DNA of 64,000 nucleotides, from the NCBI GenBank assembly GCA_035460745.1, contig DATHWJ010000189.1:989-64988 (forward strand), read 5' to 3'. The notes beneath the pieces are model-generated. The model made no database searches. It was not told where the DNA came from and worked only from the letters and a program-made list of their open reading frames with translations. Shown here in pieces: positions 39,982 through 49,432 of this stretch. The translations under genes and the position numbers were made by a program. Each line of letters opens with the position of its first letter. Position 1 is the stretch's first letter. This stretch comes from Ideonella sp. GTDB taxonomy: Bacteria > Pseudomonadota > Gammaproteobacteria > Burkholderiales > Burkholderiaceae_C.

Positions 39982-40280
39982 GGCCTGTCGCCCGGCGTCA
40001 GCGCCAGATCCTGCAAGCGCCGGCCCACGGCGTCGTCGGCCGCCAGCAGCGCGAAGTCGCCCTCCAGGCCCAGCACCGCCATGACACGGAGGTAGCTGCC
40101 CAGCGTGACCGCGCCGTCGCCGCCTTCGACCTTGTAGAGCGTGGTTCGGGAGATGCCGGCGCGCTGCGCGACGGTGGTGGTGGTCAGCTTGCGCCGCAGG
40201 CGGGCGAGCCGAAGCCGCTCGCCGAGATCGGCGAGCAACCGCCGCTCGGAGGGGAAGATGACGGGTGCCTTGCTGGGCAT
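39978..40280 (-). CDS. XRE-family HTH protein (HipB-like antitoxin)
   Basis: LGERLRLARLRRKLT...VAQRAGISRTTLYKVEGG..VTLGSYLRVMAVLGL; upstream of hipA. Confidence 0.88.
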   Translation of the reverse strand: MPSKAPVIFPSERRLLADLGERLRLARLRRKLTTTTVAQRAGISRTTLYKVEGGDGAVTLGSYLRVMAVLGLEGDFALLAADDAVGRRLQDLALTPGDRP

Positions 40281-40282
40281 GA

Positions 40283-40329
40283 TTCTGCCATTATGGACAA
40301 AAATGGCAGATGTTGTCCATAACGCAGAA
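40283..40329 (-). promoter_or_regulatory. Inverted-repeat operator/promoter of the XRE-hipA operon
   Basis: TTATGGACAA (40291-40300) / TTGTCCATAA (40313-40322) perfect inverted repeat extending to TTCTGC...GCAGAA; minus-strand CATAAT 9 nt before the ATG. Confidence 0.7.
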
Positions 40330-40365
40330 CATGATCGACATCGGTGTCACGCCAGGCAGCAGCGG

Positions 40366-41823
40366 TCACGGGCGGGCCACGGCGGGCAGCACCCGCGGGC
40401 GCAGCGTCGCCAACACCAGGTAGCTGCCGCCGCCTATGGCCACGCCGAAGAACCAGCCATAGGTGTTCCACCAGGCCGGCAACAGGCTGGTGAAGTTGGG
40501 CAGGAAGGTGGAGAACACCGAGCCGACCGCGACGGCGACCAGCGCGTTGACGTTCCAGCCGCCCTGGTAGCGGTACTCGCCGAACTCCTGGTAGAGCGCG
40601 TTGACGTCGATGCGGCCCTTGGCCACCAGGTAGTAGTCGACCAGGATGATGCCCAGCAGCGGCCCCATCGTGGCGCCGATGGCGTTGACGAAGTGCGCCG
40701 CGTTGCCTTCCCAGGGCGCGAACGGGTAGAGCACCAGCGCGATCGCCGCGGCGATGTAGCCGCCCTTCTTGAAGTCGATGCGCTTGGGGAAGACGTTGGA
40801 GATGTCGAAGGCCGCCGAGACGAAGTTGGCGACCACGTTGATGCCCAGCGTGGCCACCGCGAAGGCCAGGGCCGCGATCAGCGCGAGCAGCCAGCTGTCG
40901 AACTTGGCGGAGATCTGCTCGGGGTGCAGCAGCACTTCGCCGTAGACCTTGTAGGCGGCGATGGTGGTGATGCCGGCCACCAGCGAGAAGGCGATCAGGT
41001 TGACCGGCAGGCCCCAGAGATTGCCGGTGCGCACGGCGTCCTTGTTCTTGGCGTAGCGCGAGAAGTCGCAGAAGTTGAGATAGAGCGCCGCGAAGTAGGT
41101 CACCCAGGTGGCGCCGACGGCCATCAGGGCCCAGAACGAGCCCGGCTCGCCGCTCACGCCTGCGTCCTTGGTCTTCTCGAGCAGCACGTCCATCGGGATG
41201 CCGTGGTCGAAGGAAAAGCCCCCCGCCTTCACGCACAGCCCGATCGCCAGCACCAGCATCGCGACCCAGACGGCCGGGCCGGCCCAGTCCTGGAACTTGC
41301 GCACCGTCTCCATGCCACGCTGGATGATCAGCAGCTGCAGCGCCCAGATCAGCACGTAGCACGCCACCTCCAGCCCCGAGTGGCCGAGGAAGCGGGTGCC
41401 CTGGTGAAACTGCAGCATCGTGTCGCTGCGGACCAGCAGCGCAACGATCGCGCCCGAGGCCGCGGCGGTCTGGGCGCCGTACCAGAAGCAGGCCACCACG
41501 GCGCGCACCATCGCGGCGAGATTGGCGCCCCAGACGCCGAACGATGCGCGGGCCAGCACCGGATAGGGCACGCCGGTCTTTTCACCCGCGTAGCCGATCA
41601 GGTTCATCAGGAAAAAGATGACCAGCGAGCCGATGCCGATCGCGAGCAGGAAGTTGGTGAAGGTGCCGCAGAGCAGGAACAGGCTGGCCGCGAGGTAGTA
41701 GCCCCACAGGCTGTGCACGTCCGAGGTCCAGACATTGAAGATGCTGAACGGCCCCCAGTTGCGCTCCTTGGCGGGCGCGAGGTCCTCGTTGTAGAGGTCG
41801 GGTGACGGATTGCGGACTTCCAT
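40366..41823 (-). CDS. NCS1 family nucleobase:cation symporter
   Basis: LYNEDLAP, GVPYPVLARASFGVWGA, WYGAQT, LNFCDFSRY, GINVVANFVS. Confidence 0.93.
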   Translation of the reverse strand: MEVRNPSPDLYNEDLAPAKERNWGPFSIFNVWTSDVHSLWGYYLAASLFLLCGTFTNFLLAIGIGSLVIFFLMNLIGYAGEKTGVPYPVLARASFGVWGANLAAMVRAVVACFWYGAQTAAASGAIVALLVRSDTMLQFHQGTRFLGHSGLEVACYVLIWALQLLIIQRGMETVRKFQDWAGPAVWVAMLVLAIGLCVKAGGFSFDHGIPMDVLLEKTKDAGVSGEPGSFWALMAVGATWVTYFAALYLNFCDFSRYAKNKDAVRTGNLWGLPVNLIAFSLVAGITTIAAYKVYGEVLLHPEQISAKFDSWLLALIAALAFAVATLGINVVANFVSAAFDISNVFPKRIDFKKGGYIAAAIALVLYPFAPWEGNAAHFVNAIGATMGPLLGIILVDYYLVAKGRIDVNALYQEFGEYRYQGGWNVNALVAVAVGSVFSTFLPNFTSLLPAWWNTYGWFFGVAIGGGSYLVLATLRPRVLPAVARP

Positions 41824-41947
41824 GAGCGGATCTCCAGGCTGGTATACAAAAAGTGTATGCACTACTGCACACGCTTGTCAGCGTAGAAACCCGGGCATCC
41901 TGGCACCCGGCCGACCACTGGGGGCCGGCCGGGCGCCTGGGCAGGCG

Positions 41948-43156
41948 TCAGTTCGACGGCGCGATGCGGTAGACCGTGCCGTAGAAGGTGTACTGCCCGC
42001 CGCCCGAGGTCATGCCGTAGAGCTTGCCGTCGTCGGCCTGCATCAGCGGCCCCCAGGGGTAGCGGCCGTCGGTGCGGTTGGCGGCGAAGGTGTGCAGCAG
42101 CGTCGTGCGGCCGCTGGGCTTGACAGCAAAGGCCGTGCCTTGCTTGTTCTCGCCGCCGAAGCGGGTGACGCCGTAGAGCACGCCGCGCTTGTCGCGCACC
42201 AGCCTGGCGGTCAGGCCGTAGCCGATGCCGTCGCGCTTGTTGAAGGAGCGCAGGGTGTCTATCGTGCCGTCCACGTTGCGGCGGAACACGGTGCCCGAGC
42301 CGTAGGCGCCGCCGAACTCTGTGGTGCCGTACAGCGCGCCGCTGGCGTCCTGGATCAGGTCGGCGGCCGGGTAGGCCGGGTCGGTCTCGCCGCCGTTGCA
42401 CATCGAGTTCAGCACCTCGAAGGCGCCGTTGCGCTGGACGCGGAAGATCGTGCCGCAATCGTTGTTGCCGCCGAAGCGCGTGCTGCCGTAGAGCAGGCCA
42501 TCCTTGCCCACCAGCGGCGCGCCCCAGGGCTCGCGGCCGCCTTCGCCGGTAGTGAAGGAATGCAGCACCCTGTAATCGCTGCCGTCGGTTTTCAGCCGAA
42601 ACACGGAGCCGGCGTCGAACTCGCCATCGACGCGGCTGGTGCCGTAGAGATAACCATCGGGGCCCTGCGCCAGCCAGGTATCGCTGACGATGGCCGAAGG
42701 ATTGGTCGGCACGAACGAGTGCAGCGTGGTGTGAACCCCGTTCAGGTCGATGCGATATACCGTGCCGTAATTCGACGCGCCGCCGAGTTGCGTCGTGCCA
42801 TACAGCGCGCCGTCGCTGCCCTGGACGGGGCCGGAACCCGGCTGGCCGCCAACCGTGTCGGAGCCGCTGAATTCATAGACGGTCTCGTACAGGCCACCCG
42901 GGTTCATGCGAAACAGCGTGCCGCGCAGGGCCGTGCCGCCGCCGCCCAGCGTGACGCCATACAGCTTGCCGTCGCTGGCCTGCAGCAAGGGCGTGCGGCC
43001 CTGCTGGCCCTCATCGGCGCCAAAGGCATGCAGGGTCTCGGTGACGACCTGGGGGCTGTCGGCCGCCAGGGCGGGTGCCGCCGCGCAAGCGGTCGCGGCC
43101 GCCAGCGCCAGCAGCGCGAGCGGGCGCGACCAGAGGGGAGTGATCGAGGTGAACAT
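41948..43156 (-). CDS. Exported tandem-repeat beta-propeller-like protein (TIGR03803 Gloeo/Verruco-type repeats)
   Basis: Signal peptide plus ~7 repeats of LxQxxDGxLYGTTxxGG...GTVFR...xxLHSF. Confidence 0.85.
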   Translation of the reverse strand: MFTSITPLWSRPLALLALAAATACAAAPALAADSPQVVTETLHAFGADEGQQGRTPLLQASDGKLYGVTLGGGGTALRGTLFRMNPGGLYETVYEFSGSDTVGGQPGSGPVQGSDGALYGTTQLGGASNYGTVYRIDLNGVHTTLHSFVPTNPSAIVSDTWLAQGPDGYLYGTSRVDGEFDAGSVFRLKTDGSDYRVLHSFTTGEGGREPWGAPLVGKDGLLYGSTRFGGNNDCGTIFRVQRNGAFEVLNSMCNGGETDPAYPAADLIQDASGALYGTTEFGGAYGSGTVFRRNVDGTIDTLRSFNKRDGIGYGLTARLVRDKRGVLYGVTRFGGENKQGTAFAVKPSGRTTLLHTFAANRTDGRYPWGPLMQADDGKLYGMTSGGGQYTFYGTVYRIAPSN

Positions 43157-43313
43157 GGCAACGGCCTCCTTGGCCGGAGAAGTGGGGCAGCGGCGGGAGC
43201 CTCTGCCGGCAGGGGTGGATAGCGGGCGAACAGCAAATTGCGGGACCAAGCCTAGGGCCGCGCCGCCGCGGGCCAGCCACCCGCCATCTCTGTTTTTTAT
43301 CTGCTTTTGATCT

Positions 43314-44375
43314 TTACTGAGGAACAGAGACGCTGCGCCCGGCCCGGCCGGCCCAGCGGCGGCCGAGCGTGAACAGCGGCGCCGCCGACAGCACCAGAAA
43401 CACCATGCGGGTGACGTGGAACGACGTCACGAGGGGCACGCCCAAATGCAGCGCGCTGGCCGTCAAACTCATTTCGGCGACACCGCCGGGCGCGGTCGCC
43501 AGCAGCGTGGTGGGGGTATTCAAGCCGGTCACCCAGGCCAGGCCGGCGCCGAATGCGGCGGCCACGCAGATACTCAAGACCACGGTGAATGCCACGCAGA
43601 GCAGAAACCTCGGCGCCGTGCGGAAAAACCCCGCACTGAAACGGCTGCCCAGCGCACAGCCGATCAACACCTGGCCGCCGTTCACCATCCAGCGCGGCAG
43701 CGCCGACCACTCGAGGCCCGAGCCGGTCAGCGCGATGGTGACCAGCAGCGGACCGATGATCCAGCCGTTGGGGGTATTGAAAGCCCGCAACAGCAAGGCG
43801 CCGCTGCAGGCCGCCAGCGCCAGCAGCGCCAGGCCGGGGTAGTGCACCGCGCGGGTCGCCGGCAGCCAGTTTTCAGCGCCGTGCGCACCGCTCCAGGTGA
43901 TCAGCGGCGGCACGCTGAGCACCACGATCATGATGCGCAGCGCGTGCGCGGCGGCCACCCAGTCGGCCCGGCCGCCCATGCGGTCGGCCATCACCGACAT
44001 CTCGCCGGCGCCGCCCGGCAGGCTGGCGAAAAACGCGGTCAGGTAGTCGCAGCCGGACAGGCGTGCCAGCAGCGCCGCCGAGCCGCAGCCCAGCGCCAGC
44101 GCGAAGAGGGCGCCCGCGGCGATCGCGCCGGCGTGGTGCAGCAGCTCGTGCAGCACCGGCGCGGTGAAGTACAGCCCCAGCGCCATGCCCACCACCAGCT
44201 GGCCCAGCGGCAGGCCGCCGGGCGGGCGCAGCACCGGCCAGCCGGCAATCGAGGCCGTGGCCATGAAGAGCATGGCCCCCAGCATCCACGGCAGCACCGT
44301 GCCCAGCGCGGCGAAGAGCGCGCCGCCGCAGGCGCACACACCCAGCGCCAGCAAGGCGCGCCCGGCGGTGCGCAC
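43314..44375 (-). CDS. AbrB-family duplicated membrane protein (putative transporter/regulator)
   Basis: LPWMLGAM, two PGG(A/V)xEM repeats, H..R motifs, highly hydrophobic. Confidence 0.88.
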   Translation of the reverse strand: MRTAGRALLALGVCACGGALFAALGTVLPWMLGAMLFMATASIAGWPVLRPPGGLPLGQLVVGMALGLYFTAPVLHELLHHAGAIAAGALFALALGCGSAALLARLSGCDYLTAFFASLPGGAGEMSVMADRMGGRADWVAAAHALRIMIVVLSVPPLITWSGAHGAENWLPATRAVHYPGLALLALAACSGALLLRAFNTPNGWIIGPLLVTIALTGSGLEWSALPRWMVNGGQVLIGCALGSRFSAGFFRTAPRFLLCVAFTVVLSICVAAAFGAGLAWVTGLNTPTTLLATAPGGVAEMSLTASALHLGVPLVTSFHVTRMVFLVLSAAPLFTLGRRWAGRAGRSVSVPQ

Positions 44376-44378
44376 GCT

Positions 44379-45359
44379 TCACTCGCCCTTGATGCCCAGC
44401 GCGCGGATGGTCTTGCCCCACTGGGCGATGTCCACCGTGACCATCTCGCCGAACTGCGCGCGGCTGAGCGCCTTGACCTCCAGGCCCTGCTGGCCGAGCT
44501 TGTTGGCCACCTCGGGGTCGGCCAGCACCTTGTTGACCGCGGCATGCAGCTTCTGCAGCACCGCGGGCGGCGTGCCGGCGGGGGCGAAGTAGCCATACCA
44601 GGGCGCGTAGTCGAAGCCCTTGACGCCGGTCTCGTCCAGCGTGGGCAGGTTGGGCAGCGCGGGCGTGCGCTTGCTGCCCGAGGTGGCGATGGCGCGCAGC
44701 TTGCCGGCCTGGATGAAGGGCATCACCGCGGGGATGGTCAGCAGCATGGCCTGGATCTGGCCCGACATCAGGTCGGTGATGGCCGGGCCCGAGCCCTTGT
44801 AGGGCACATGGGTGAGCTTGATGCCGGTGCTGCCCTGCAACACCTCCATAGGCAGGTGGCCGGCGCTGCCCATGCCGCCGGAGCCGTAGTTGATCGCGCC
44901 GGGGTCCTTCCTGGCCAGCGCGAGGAACTCGCCCACCGTCTTGACCGGCAGGCTGTTGGTGACGACCAGCACGTTGGGCGTGGCGCCGATGTAGGCCACC
45001 GGGACCACGTCCTTGGCGGTGTCGAACGGCAGCTTGTCGTACAGCGAGGCGTTGAAGGCCAGGCCGACGTGGTGGACCATCAGCGTGTAGCCGTCGGGCG
45101 TGGCGTGGGCCAGCATGCCGGTGGCGATGGTGCCGCCGGCGCCGCCGCGGTTGTCGACCAGGAAACTCTGGCCAAGGTCCTGCGAGAGCTTCTGGCCGAT
45201 GATGCGGGCAACGATATCGACCGTGCCGCCGGCCGCGAAGGGGGCGAGCACGGTGACCGGCTTGGTGGGGTAGTCGGCGGCGTGTGCGGGGCCGCCGCTC
45301 AGGGCGCCGCAGAGCCCGGCGAAGCCGGCCAGGGCGAGCGCGATCTTCTTGAATTGCAT
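44379..45359 (-). CDS. Bug/TctC substrate-binding protein
   Basis: PFAAGGTVDIVAR, VDNRGGAGG, HVPYKGSGPAITDL. Confidence 0.95.
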   Translation of the reverse strand: MQFKKIALALAGFAGLCGALSGGPAHAADYPTKPVTVLAPFAAGGTVDIVARIIGQKLSQDLGQSFLVDNRGGAGGTIATGMLAHATPDGYTLMVHHVGLAFNASLYDKLPFDTAKDVVPVAYIGATPNVLVVTNSLPVKTVGEFLALARKDPGAINYGSGGMGSAGHLPMEVLQGSTGIKLTHVPYKGSGPAITDLMSGQIQAMLLTIPAVMPFIQAGKLRAIATSGSKRTPALPNLPTLDETGVKGFDYAPWYGYFAPAGTPPAVLQKLHAAVNKVLADPEVANKLGQQGLEVKALSRAQFGEMVTVDIAQWGKTIRALGIKGE

Positions 45360-45370
45360 GGGTTCTCTCC

Positions 45371-46507
45371 TCAGGCGGCGGCCACGCTGTAGCGGGCCAT
45401 CTTGGTGTCGTCCAGCGTCACGCCCAGGCCGGGTCCGGCGGGCAGCGCGAGCTCGCCGCTGCCGATGTCCAGCTTGTCGGTGACGATGTCGTCGGCGGTC
45501 TTCAACGGCCCCACGCACTCCAGCCCGGCCAGCACGCTGGCGCTGGTGCAGGCCAGCATGATCTCGGCGACGGTGTTCACGCCCAGCCCGAAGCCGTGGC
45601 CAATCACCACCTTCATGCCGGCGGCCGAGGCGGTCTCCAGCATGCGGCGGCACTTCAGGAAGCCGCCCTGCTTCATCACCTTGAGCTTGACGATGTCGGC
45701 GCAGTCGGCGCGTATCACCTCGATCAGGCTGGCGTGGTCGGTGATGGACTCGTCGGCCATCACCGGGATGCCTATCGCCTGCCGCACCCGCGCCATGCCC
45801 GGCAGGTCGTCGTCGGCCACCGGCTGCTCCAGCAGCTGCATGTCCAGCGGCTCCAGCAGCCGGCCCAGCGCGATCGCGTCGTCGACGCTGTAGCCGGCGT
45901 TGGCATCGGCGCGCAGCGCCATCGTCGGGCCTACCGCTTCGCGCACCGCCAGCAGCCGGTCGCGGTCGGCCTGGATGCCACCGCCCACCTTGACCTTGGC
46001 TGAGCGGAAACCCTTGTCGAACCACTTGCGGGCTTCGGCCGCCGCTTCGTCGGGCGGCAGGATGCCGACCCAGGCGTTGAAGCGCAGCGTCTCGGTCACC
46101 GCGCCGCCCAGGTACTGGTGCACGGGGATGCCCAGGCGCCGGCTCAGCAAGTCCACGCAGGCCATCTCCATCGCGGCCTTGGCGTCGAGGTAGCCGGCGA
46201 GCCGCTCGTCCATCGCGGCGACCAGGCGGTGCGGGTTGCCGGCGTCCAGGCCAACCAGCAGCGGCGCGAGCTCGTTGCGCATCGCGGCGAGCGACTGCGC
46301 GATGGTCTCGACCGAATAGCCCGGCGAGGGGTCGATGTTGCCCAGGCCGACCGAGCCGTCCTCGGCGGTGATGCGCACGATGGCGCTCTTTTGCACCGTC
46401 TTGTTGATGTAGGCGTTGCGAAAGCCGGGGCCGACCAGCGGCACCTCGACACCGAAGACCTCGACCTGGCGGATCGGGAGGCGAAGGCTTTGCATCTCGG
46501 TCTTCAT
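45371..46507 (-). CDS. Enolase superfamily enzyme (muconate lactonizing/dipeptide epimerase subgroup)
   Basis: KVKVG, DANAG, LEQP, ADES, KVMKQGG, GPGLGV. Confidence 0.9.
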   Translation of the reverse strand: MKTEMQSLRLPIRQVEVFGVEVPLVGPGFRNAYINKTVQKSAIVRITAEDGSVGLGNIDPSPGYSVETIAQSLAAMRNELAPLLVGLDAGNPHRLVAAMDERLAGYLDAKAAMEMACVDLLSRRLGIPVHQYLGGAVTETLRFNAWVGILPPDEAAAEARKWFDKGFRSAKVKVGGGIQADRDRLLAVREAVGPTMALRADANAGYSVDDAIALGRLLEPLDMQLLEQPVADDDLPGMARVRQAIGIPVMADESITDHASLIEVIRADCADIVKLKVMKQGGFLKCRRMLETASAAGMKVVIGHGFGLGVNTVAEIMLACTSASVLAGLECVGPLKTADDIVTDKLDIGSGELALPAGPGLGVTLDDTKMARYSVAAA

Positions 46508-47373
46508 GCCTGTGTCGCGGCCACGATGGCCGGGCCCTTGATCTGGGTGCGGTGCATCACGCGCCGCGCGCCGGGGTCGAAGGCGTCGCGGCGGTGCAGC
46601 GTGCAGCGGTTGTCCCACAGGATCAGGTCGTGCTGCTGCCAGACCTGGCGCATCGCCAGCTCGGGCCGGGTCGCATGGGCCCAGAGCTCGTCGAGCAGCG
46701 CGTCGCTCTCGCCCAGCGCCATGCCTACCACCGCGCTGTTGCGGCGGCGGCCGAGGAAGAGGGCAGGGCGGCCGGTGTCGGGGTGGCTGATGACCAGCGG
46801 GTGGCGGGCGCCGGGGGCCTCGCGCGGGTCGGTGACTTCCTTCATGCCCTTGCGCATCATGCCGGCGCTGTTGTAGGTGGCGTCGTGCACGGCGCTGCGG
46901 CCCTCGATGCGCGCCTTCAGCGCGGCCGGCAGGGTCTCGTAGGCGGTGTACATGTTGGCCCAGAAGGTGTCGCCGCCGCTGGCCGGGATCTCCAGCGCAT
47001 GCAGCATCGCGGCGCGCGGCGGGCACTCGACATAGGTCATGTCGCAGTGCCAGACGGCTTCGCCGTCGCCCAGGTTGCCGATGGGCTCGCCGCCGACCTT
47101 GACGTTGGAGATCACGTTGATCTCCGGGAACTCGCTCAGAAAGGGCTTGCCGTAGGGGTTGGGGCCGGGCGGGTCGAGCTCGCCGAACAGGCGGGTGAAG
47201 GCGAGCAGCTGCGGATCGCTCAGGTGCTGGCCGCGAAAGCGCAGCACCAGGTGCTGGCTCCAGGCGTCCTTGAGCGCGGCGACGGTGGCGTCGTCGATCG
47301 CGCCGTGCAGGTCGACGCCGGCCACGTCGGCGCCGAGCGCGGGAGAGAGGGGGGTCAGGGTGAGGCGTGCCAT
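46504..47373 (-). CDS. TauD/TfdA-family Fe(II)/2-oxoglutarate dioxygenase
   Basis: WHCD, GGDTFWANM, HPLVISHPDTGR, WDNRCTLHRR...MHR. Confidence 0.93.
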   Translation of the reverse strand: MARLTLTPLSPALGADVAGVDLHGAIDDATVAALKDAWSQHLVLRFRGQHLSDPQLLAFTRLFGELDPPGPNPYGKPFLSEFPEINVISNVKVGGEPIGNLGDGEAVWHCDMTYVECPPRAAMLHALEIPASGGDTFWANMYTAYETLPAALKARIEGRSAVHDATYNSAGMMRKGMKEVTDPREAPGARHPLVISHPDTGRPALFLGRRRNSAVVGMALGESDALLDELWAHATRPELAMRQVWQQHDLILWDNRCTLHRRDAFDPGARRVMHRTQIKGPAIVAATQA

Positions 47374-47505
47374 GTCGGTCTCCTTCAAGCGACGGCTTCA
47401 AGGGCCGTCGGGGCGCGAGCATAGCCAGCGATGGCGATGCGGTAAACGATATAGTTAAAACATCCCGTGATGCAGGAAGATGCATTACGGTTCACCTCTA
47501 TCCTC

Positions 47506-48480
47506 ATGCCAAAAAAGCAGTTGCAACGCCGCCATATCGATGCGCTGGTGGCCGTCGGCGACAGCCGCTCGGTGCACCGCGCTGCGCGCGAGCTGGGCCT
47601 CGCGCAGCCGGCCCTGTCGCGGCTGCTCTCGGAGGCCGAGGCGCTGGTCGGCGCGCAGCTCTTCGAGCGCTCCAGCCAGGGCAGCCGGCCCACCGCGCAG
47701 GGCGAGACGGTGCTGGCGCGCGCGAGGGCGCTGCAGCGCGGCCTGGCGCGGCTGGGCGAGGCGCTGCAGCGGCCGGCCGACGTGCGGCTGGGCTGCATCC
47801 CGCGGGTGATGCACACGCTGGTGCCGGGCGTGCTGGAGAGCGTGGCGGCCGACGAACACGCAAGCTTCGCGGTGCGGCTGGTCGAGGCCAGCTCCGGCGG
47901 CCTGCTGGCAGCCGCGGCCAACGGCGAACTCGACTTCGCCATCCTCATCCTGGGGCCAGCCTCATCCGACGCCAGCGACGCCGGCGATGCGAGCCAGGCG
48001 CTGACCTTCGAGCCGCTCTACGACGAGCGCACCGTGATCATCTGCGCCGCCGGCCATGCGGCGATCCCGGATGGCGTGGTGCCGCTCTCGCTGCTGGCGC
48101 GCCAGGCCTGGGTGCTACCGGCGCCGGACACGGCGTCGCGCGCGGCCTTCGACATGTTCTGCAGCGAGCATCGCCTGGGCCGCGTGCAGACGGTGACCGA
48201 AGCGCGCTCCTTCGAGACCAACCTGGCGCTGGTCACGCACACGCGCTTCCTGTCGATCGCGCCCGAGTCCATCGCGCGGCGCCACGCGGCCTTCGGCGCG
48301 GTGCGCATCGTCAGGACGCGCCACGCACTGCCCGCCAGCCCGATCACGCTGGCCTACCGCGCGACGCTGCAGGGCGACCCAGTGCTGGACGGCTTCTGCC
48401 GGCTGGTGCACAGCGTGGCGGCGCAGGTGCGGGCCGACCTGAAGGCGCCAGCGCGGAGCAAGGCCAGGCCGGCGGCGTGA
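47506..48480 (+). CDS. LysR-family transcriptional regulator
   Basis: SVHRAARELGLAQPALSR..LFERS HTH; divergent from the TauD operon. Confidence 0.92.
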   Translation: MPKKQLQRRHIDALVAVGDSRSVHRAARELGLAQPALSRLLSEAEALVGAQLFERSSQGSRPTAQGETVLARARALQRGLARLGEALQRPADVRLGCIPRVMHTLVPGVLESVAADEHASFAVRLVEASSGGLLAAAANGELDFAILILGPASSDASDAGDASQALTFEPLYDERTVIICAAGHAAIPDGVVPLSLLARQAWVLPAPDTASRAAFDMFCSEHRLGRVQTVTEARSFETNLALVTHTRFLSIAPESIARRHAAFGAVRIVRTRHALPASPITLAYRATLQGDPVLDGFCRLVHSVAAQVRADLKAPARSKARPAA

Positions 48481-48556
48481 GGCGGCGGCCCGACCGGGCC
48501 CGCAAGCGCCAACGAGGGCTGGCTGGGCCGGGGCGGGCGCTGCCTGGGGTGGCGTG

Positions 48557-49303
48557 TCAGGCCAGCTTGCCGCCATCCACGGCGATGGACTGGCCGATGA
48601 GGAACGGCGCCTTGCTGGAAGCCAGGAAGACGATGGTCTGCGCGATCTCGTCGGGTGTGCCGGCGCGCTTGCTGGGCAGGGTCGCGAGGAAACCGGCCTT
48701 GATCTCGGCGTCGCCACCCAGAAAGCGGTTCAGCATGTCGGTTTCGATCGGGCCCGGGGCCACCGCGTTGACGCGCACGCCGAAGGCCGCGCCTTCGAGC
48801 GCCGCCGTGCGGGTCAGGCCCTCGACCGCGTGTTTGCTGGCCGTGTAGACCGAAGCGCCGGCGAAGCCGATCTTGCCCGCCACCGACGAGACGTTGACGA
48901 TGCTGCCCGAGCCCTGGGCCTGCATCACGCGAAGCTCGTGCTTCAGGCTCAGCAGCACGCCCAGCACGTTGGTGTCGAAGACGGCGGCGTAGCTTTCGGC
49001 CGTCTGCTCGGTCAGCGGGCCGGGCTGGCCCTCGGTGCCGGCGTTGTTGACGGCCACGTCCAGCCGGCCAAAGCGCTCGATGGTCTGGTCGACCAGGCTG
49101 CGCACTTCGGCCTCGTGGCGCACGTCGGCGCGCAGGAATTCGGCTTCGGCGCCCAGGGCGCGCAGCTCGCTGGCCAGGGCCTGGCCGGCTTCTTCGCGCC
49201 GGCCGGAGACGACGACGCGGGCGCCTTCACGCGCAAATGCCAGGGCGGTGGCGCGGCCAATGCCAGTGAGGGCGCCAGTGATCAGGACGACAGGAGTGCT
49301 CAT
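48557..49303 (-). CDS. Short-chain dehydrogenase/reductase
   Basis: TGALTGIG, NNAG, YTASK, VRVNAVAPG. Confidence 0.95.
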   Translation of the reverse strand: MSTPVVLITGALTGIGRATALAFAREGARVVVSGRREEAGQALASELRALGAEAEFLRADVRHEAEVRSLVDQTIERFGRLDVAVNNAGTEGQPGPLTEQTAESYAAVFDTNVLGVLLSLKHELRVMQAQGSGSIVNVSSVAGKIGFAGASVYTASKHAVEGLTRTAALEGAAFGVRVNAVAPGPIETDMLNRFLGGDAEIKAGFLATLPSKRAGTPDEIAQTIVFLASSKAPFLIGQSIAVDGGKLA

Positions 49304-49353
49304 GGGGGATTCCTTGGGGGTTGACGAGAGGTGGTGGTGGCCACCGAATGACC

Positions 49354-49406
49354 AGTATGTATGTACGTATTGTTCTCGTCAACAAAAAAATACGGTTGTC
49401 CGTATT
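49354..49406. promoter_or_regulatory. Two putative TetR operators upstream of the SDR gene
   Basis: AGTATGTATGTACGTATT (49354-49371) and palindrome AATACGG-TTGT-CCGTATT (49389-49406). Confidence 0.7.
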
Positions 49407-49432
49407 GTTTCTTTGAGCGGGCCTGCCGGGGC

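Noticed and set aside
47430-47490. Possible LysR box (TGATGCA-N6-TGCATTA) between tauD-like and lysR
   Set aside because: An inverted repeat is present but its spacing does not fit T-N11-A cleanly, so I did not call it.
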